NCBI RefSeq assembly: GCF_000012925.1
Contig: NC_007517.1
Span: 3,150,001-3,182,000 of the forward strand
DNA from: Geobacter metallireducens GS-15
Lineage (GTDB): Bacteria > Desulfobacterota > Desulfuromonadia > Geobacterales > Geobacteraceae
Length of the DNA stretch: 32,000 bases
Reading direction: 5' to 3'
The notes under the pieces are model-generated. The model was not told the origin of the DNA. It searched no databases and was given only the letters and a program-made list of their open reading frames with translations. Positions 29,274 to 32,000 of this stretch are shown here, one piece after another; position 1 is the stretch's first letter, and the number at the start of each line of letters is the position of its first letter. The translations under genes and the position numbers were made by a program.

Positions 29274-30239
29274 TCACGGACTGACCTCTGTCTGTGGGTT
29301 CGAAAGCACCGTTATAGTTCTCCGCGTCAGGAATTCCAACACGTCGGGGAGACGGGGTATCCCCTGCTGGGCCCCCACCTGACGGCACTTCATGGCGGCC
29401 ATGGCCGAGGCGAAGACGACCGTCTCCCGCACACTCCATCCCTGGAGGATGCCATAGCCGTAACCGCCGTGGAAGACGTCGCCGGCACCGGTGGTATCGA
29501 CCGCATCCACCGTGAAGGCGGGGACGTGAAACGGCTCGTGTCCGCTCCAGGTGAGGCTTCCTGCCGCGCCAAGGGTCACGGTGACCACCGGCGCGCCGAG
29601 GTCGGCCGCCAGCCCCCTGAAATGCTCCGGCGTGCGATCCCACCCCAGGTCCAGGAAGAATTGCTCCGCCGCCACCACGTAATCGCACTGCCGGGTGATG
29701 TCGAGCATGCCGGGCCGCATCCGCCCCGCATCCACCATGACCGGGATGCCGAGGCTCCGCGCCCTTCCGGCGGCATGGAGCGAAGCGTCGGCCATGAGCC
29801 CGTCCAGGAGGAGGAGGGAGCTGCCGGCAAGGAAGGCATCGGGCACCTCACGGGGATCAAGGGGATCACCAGTGGGACGCCGCCAGACGATTGTCCGGCG
29901 GCCGCTCCCCCGTTCGATCATGATGAACGCCCGCTGTGATGCTCCCCTGCGCCTCGTGACCAGAAACGCCCCATCCACCCCCTCGGAATCGAGGGCCTGC
30001 CGGATCCGGCTGCCGGCATCGTCATCTCCCACCACACCCGCGAAGCGGCAGGGTATCCCGAGCCGCGCCAAGGCCACCAGCGCCGTGGCCGTGGGCCCGC
30101 CAGCCTGTTCCGCCCAGACCGCGGCTTCGGCCTTGCTGTCGGGGGACGGATAGGAATCGACCACCGCAAGGGTATCCCAGCAGCACTGTCCCAAGCCTGT
30201 CGCTACAATCGCACGCCCCCCGTTACGGCCAGTTCCCAT
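29274..30239 (-). CDS. PfkB-family carbohydrate kinase (ribokinase-like)
   Basis: 321 aa. GGPTATALVALARLG near the N-terminus and the C-terminal PfkB signature DTTGAGDVFHGG. Confidence 0.85.
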   Translation of the reverse strand: MGTGRNGGRAIVATGLGQCCWDTLAVVDSYPSPDSKAEAAVWAEQAGGPTATALVALARLGIPCRFAGVVGDDDAGSRIRQALDSEGVDGAFLVTRRRGASQRAFIMIERGSGRRTIVWRRPTGDPLDPREVPDAFLAGSSLLLLDGLMADASLHAAGRARSLGIPVMVDAGRMRPGMLDITRQCDYVVAAEQFFLDLGWDRTPEHFRGLAADLGAPVVTVTLGAAGSLTWSGHEPFHVPAFTVDAVDTTGAGDVFHGGYGYGILQGWSVRETVVFASAMAAMKCRQVGAQQGIPRLPDVLEFLTRRTITVLSNPQTEVSP

Positions 30240-30374
30240 GGTTTTCCATTATCCCCATTACATCAATTGGCGTCCGTTAGTAAAACATCATTTGCATGGC
30301 GGCACCCTTGGCTTTACTATTAAACGAATGCAACCGGCACGGAGTGCCGGAATCCCGGAGCAAAGGAGTGCACC

Positions 30375-30749
30375 ATGAGACCGTTTATTGTGGCAACCGC
30401 AGCCCTTTTGGCCCTTTCCATCCTTCATCCCCCCACGGTACCAGCCAGCGAAGAACAACCCGCACAGCAGGAAAAGAACGGCGGCGACACGGAGCGAAAG
30501 GCCTCGGAAATCGGCCGAAAGATCGACGAGCTGGACGCAAAGATGAAGCAGGCTACGGAGGAGACCAAAGCAGCCTTCGCCCGGGAGATGGCCGATCTGC
30601 GCAAGCAGCAGGACGCCCTCCGCGAAAAGATGGAGGAGATGAAGGGGGCCAGCGGCAAAGCATGGAAAGAGATGAAAGCCGGAACGGAAAAGGCCCTCCA
30701 TGAATTGCAGAAGTCATACGACCGGGCACGGGAGCGGTTCAGGGAGTAA
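30375..30749 (+). CDS. small secreted coiled-coil protein, function unknown
   Basis: 124 aa. Signal peptide MRPFIVATAALLALSILH, then a K/E-rich helical sequence. AAAGGAG RBS. A 7-bp hairpin, CCGGCAC-GGA-GTGCCGG, lies in the 5' leader. Confidence 0.7.
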   Translation: MRPFIVATAALLALSILHPPTVPASEEQPAQQEKNGGDTERKASEIGRKIDELDAKMKQATEETKAAFAREMADLRKQQDALREKMEEMKGASGKAWKEMKAGTEKALHELQKSYDRARERFRE

Positions 30750-30755
30750 CTCCTT

Positions 30756-31382
30756 TCATGTTCCGAGCAGCTCGGCCAGTTCATCGAGGCTCTCCACGGC
30801 GATATCGGTCAGTTCCGGCCAACGGAAGTTCCCGCTGCGGTCCACGTGGACGGTGGCGGCGCCGGATGCCCGGCCGCTCTGGAGATCGAAGAGGTAGTCC
30901 CCAACCATCACCATGGACCTCCCCGTGGCCCCCCACCGGGTAGAGAGGATTGCGAGGCCGTGGGGATCAGGCTTCGGCTGGGCATCGTGGCGCCCCAGGA
31001 CATCGTCCGGCGCGAAACGCCCCCCGACGCCGATGGTTTCCAGCACCCGCAGGGCAATCTCCCGGGTGTTGCGGGTCACGATCCCGAGACTCTTCCCCCG
31101 GCGGTGGAGCGTCTCCACGAGGCGCACCGCCCCTGCCGCCGGCTCGGCACGGGCCGCCAGACATTCCTCGATCTCGTCGAGCCGCTGGTGAAGGCGCCGC
31201 GCCTCCTCCTCGGGAAGCGACTCGATATGCCCCAGGATATCGGTCCCATCCGGGATGCCGAGGTCGGCCCGGATGGCCGCGAAGTCATGGACCGGCACGG
31301 TCAGGGTGCCATCGAGGTCAAATACCCAGTGGGGCCGTGCCATGATCTCGGCAATACTGGCCATGGACGTGCGGTGCTCCAT
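30756..31382 (-). CDS. HAD-superfamily hydrolase
   Basis: ORF 30756..31436. Start at MEHRTSM (31382) with AAAGGAGAG upstream. Motif I FDLDGTL, motif II IVTRN, motif III/IV MVGDYLFD. Confidence 0.85.
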   Translation of the reverse strand: MEHRTSMASIAEIMARPHWVFDLDGTLTVPVHDFAAIRADLGIPDGTDILGHIESLPEEEARRLHQRLDEIEECLAARAEPAAGAVRLVETLHRRGKSLGIVTRNTREIALRVLETIGVGGRFAPDDVLGRHDAQPKPDPHGLAILSTRWGATGRSMVMVGDYLFDLQSGRASGAATVHVDRSGNFRWPELTDIAVESLDELAELLGT

Positions 31383-31620
31383 CGTCTCTCCTTTTTGCGC
31401 CGCCGTGCGCTCTATCGATCCATAGTACCAAACCACGGCGCAAAAAAAGAAGTTAAACGCACATAATTATAATAGTTATAATTTTAAGCACAATCCGTGC
31501 CGTCCAGGAGCCATGCCGCTCACGGGAAAGGTCGCCGGCGCCGGCGCAGTTTCGCGATGGACAGGGGATGAGCCGGAAGTTGGTTCCTACACGGGCCTGA
31601 GAGCATTTTCCCCACAGATT

Positions 31621-32000
31621 TTACTCCGTTGCTCCGTTGCCCCGTGTTTCAAATGTTTTTGGCAATTCAACGATCTTGCCGCCGGGAAGAAGCCGGAACA
31701 GGTTTCCCCGCCAGCGGACGCGGTTTCCCGCGAAGGAGAGGGCCCAGGTGGCGAAGGCGAGGAAGTCCCGCAGGGGAAGGAGCCAGAGCCAGCGGGGAAA
31801 AATGCCGTCCTTCACGTAACAGCGGCTGAAGGCCATGGCCACGGCGGCGCGGACTAGGTAGAGGAGGAGGACGGCCCCCCAGCCGGCGCCGGAAAATCCG
31901 GAAAGGGCCAGCGCCAGACAGGCCATGGGAAATGACTGGGTGATGCCGGAGCCGAGGTAGCCGCCGGGGCGCGAGACCCGCATGGTGCGCGACCAGCGGA
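31621..32000 (-). CDS. C-terminal part of a family-2-like membrane glycosyltransferase (HpnI / ceramide glucosyltransferase-like); 5' end outside window
   Basis: The frame is open to the window edge. RWSRTMRVSRPGGYLGSGIT plus C-terminal TM helices match the RW.RT.R....GY region I recall for HpnI-type glycosyltransferases. The last ~12 codons run into a repeat element. Confidence 0.6.
   Translation of the reverse strand, partial: RWSRTMRVSRPGGYLGSGITQSFPMACLALALSGFSGAGWGAVLLLYLVRAAVAMAFSRCYVKDGIFPRWLWLLPLRDFLAFATWALSFAGNRVRWRGNLFRLLPGGKIVELPKTFETRGNGATE

Noticed and set aside
31437-31512. AT-rich palindrome AATTATAA-TAG-TTATAATT upstream of the HAD hydrolase gene, considered as a mobile-element end or attC.
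   Set aside because: It is a single short 8-bp inverted repeat in a promoter-like AT-rich spacer with no associated recombinase or repeat partner. It is most simply a promoter or operator.

Overview
High-GC chromosome, Geobacter/Desulfuromonadota-like by gene content and composition. A lower-GC accessory block of about 11.6 kb (about 5.65-17.3 kb) interrupts it, and I read that block as a chromosomal integron.

Integron: an intact IntI-type tyrosine recombinase (15949-17298, +) is transcribed away from a run of minus-strand genes. Most of these genes are followed by a 61-73 nt imperfect palindrome bounded by RYYYAAC ... GTTRRRY-like boxes, which I call attC sites (14762-14834, 12612-12674, 11841-11901, 7172-7244, weaker 5651-5719).

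Cassettes:
- Three small ORFans.
- A very AT-rich 2.1 kb single-gene cassette. It encodes a 687-aa protein with an N-terminal DUF4297/Cap4-like PD-(D/E)xK nuclease motif and about 450 aa that I cannot place. This is the best candidate for an undescribed, probably defence-type, system.
- A 188-aa gene with an RNxxxH motif, split by an IS21-family element with a 6-bp target duplication.
- A SAM-methyltransferase cassette.
- A two-gene cassette: a Cys-tailed ECF sigma factor plus ArsM.

An IS110-family element sits in the slot where the fifth cassette's attC is expected.

Core flanks: carbamate kinase, a LOR/SDH-like protein, a two-component cluster, LOG, a ROK kinase, SUI1, a PPC/DUF296 protein, TamA/TamB, a Cache-PAS histidine kinase, a PfkB kinase, a HAD hydrolase and a glycosyltransferase fragment.

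A second IS110-family element (about 25.88-27.05 kb) has split a terminator-like palindrome. It carries a structured 185-nt 5' leader that could be a bridge RNA.

No rRNA, tRNA or CRISPR array was seen. All calls come from reading the sequence by eye; no searches were run.
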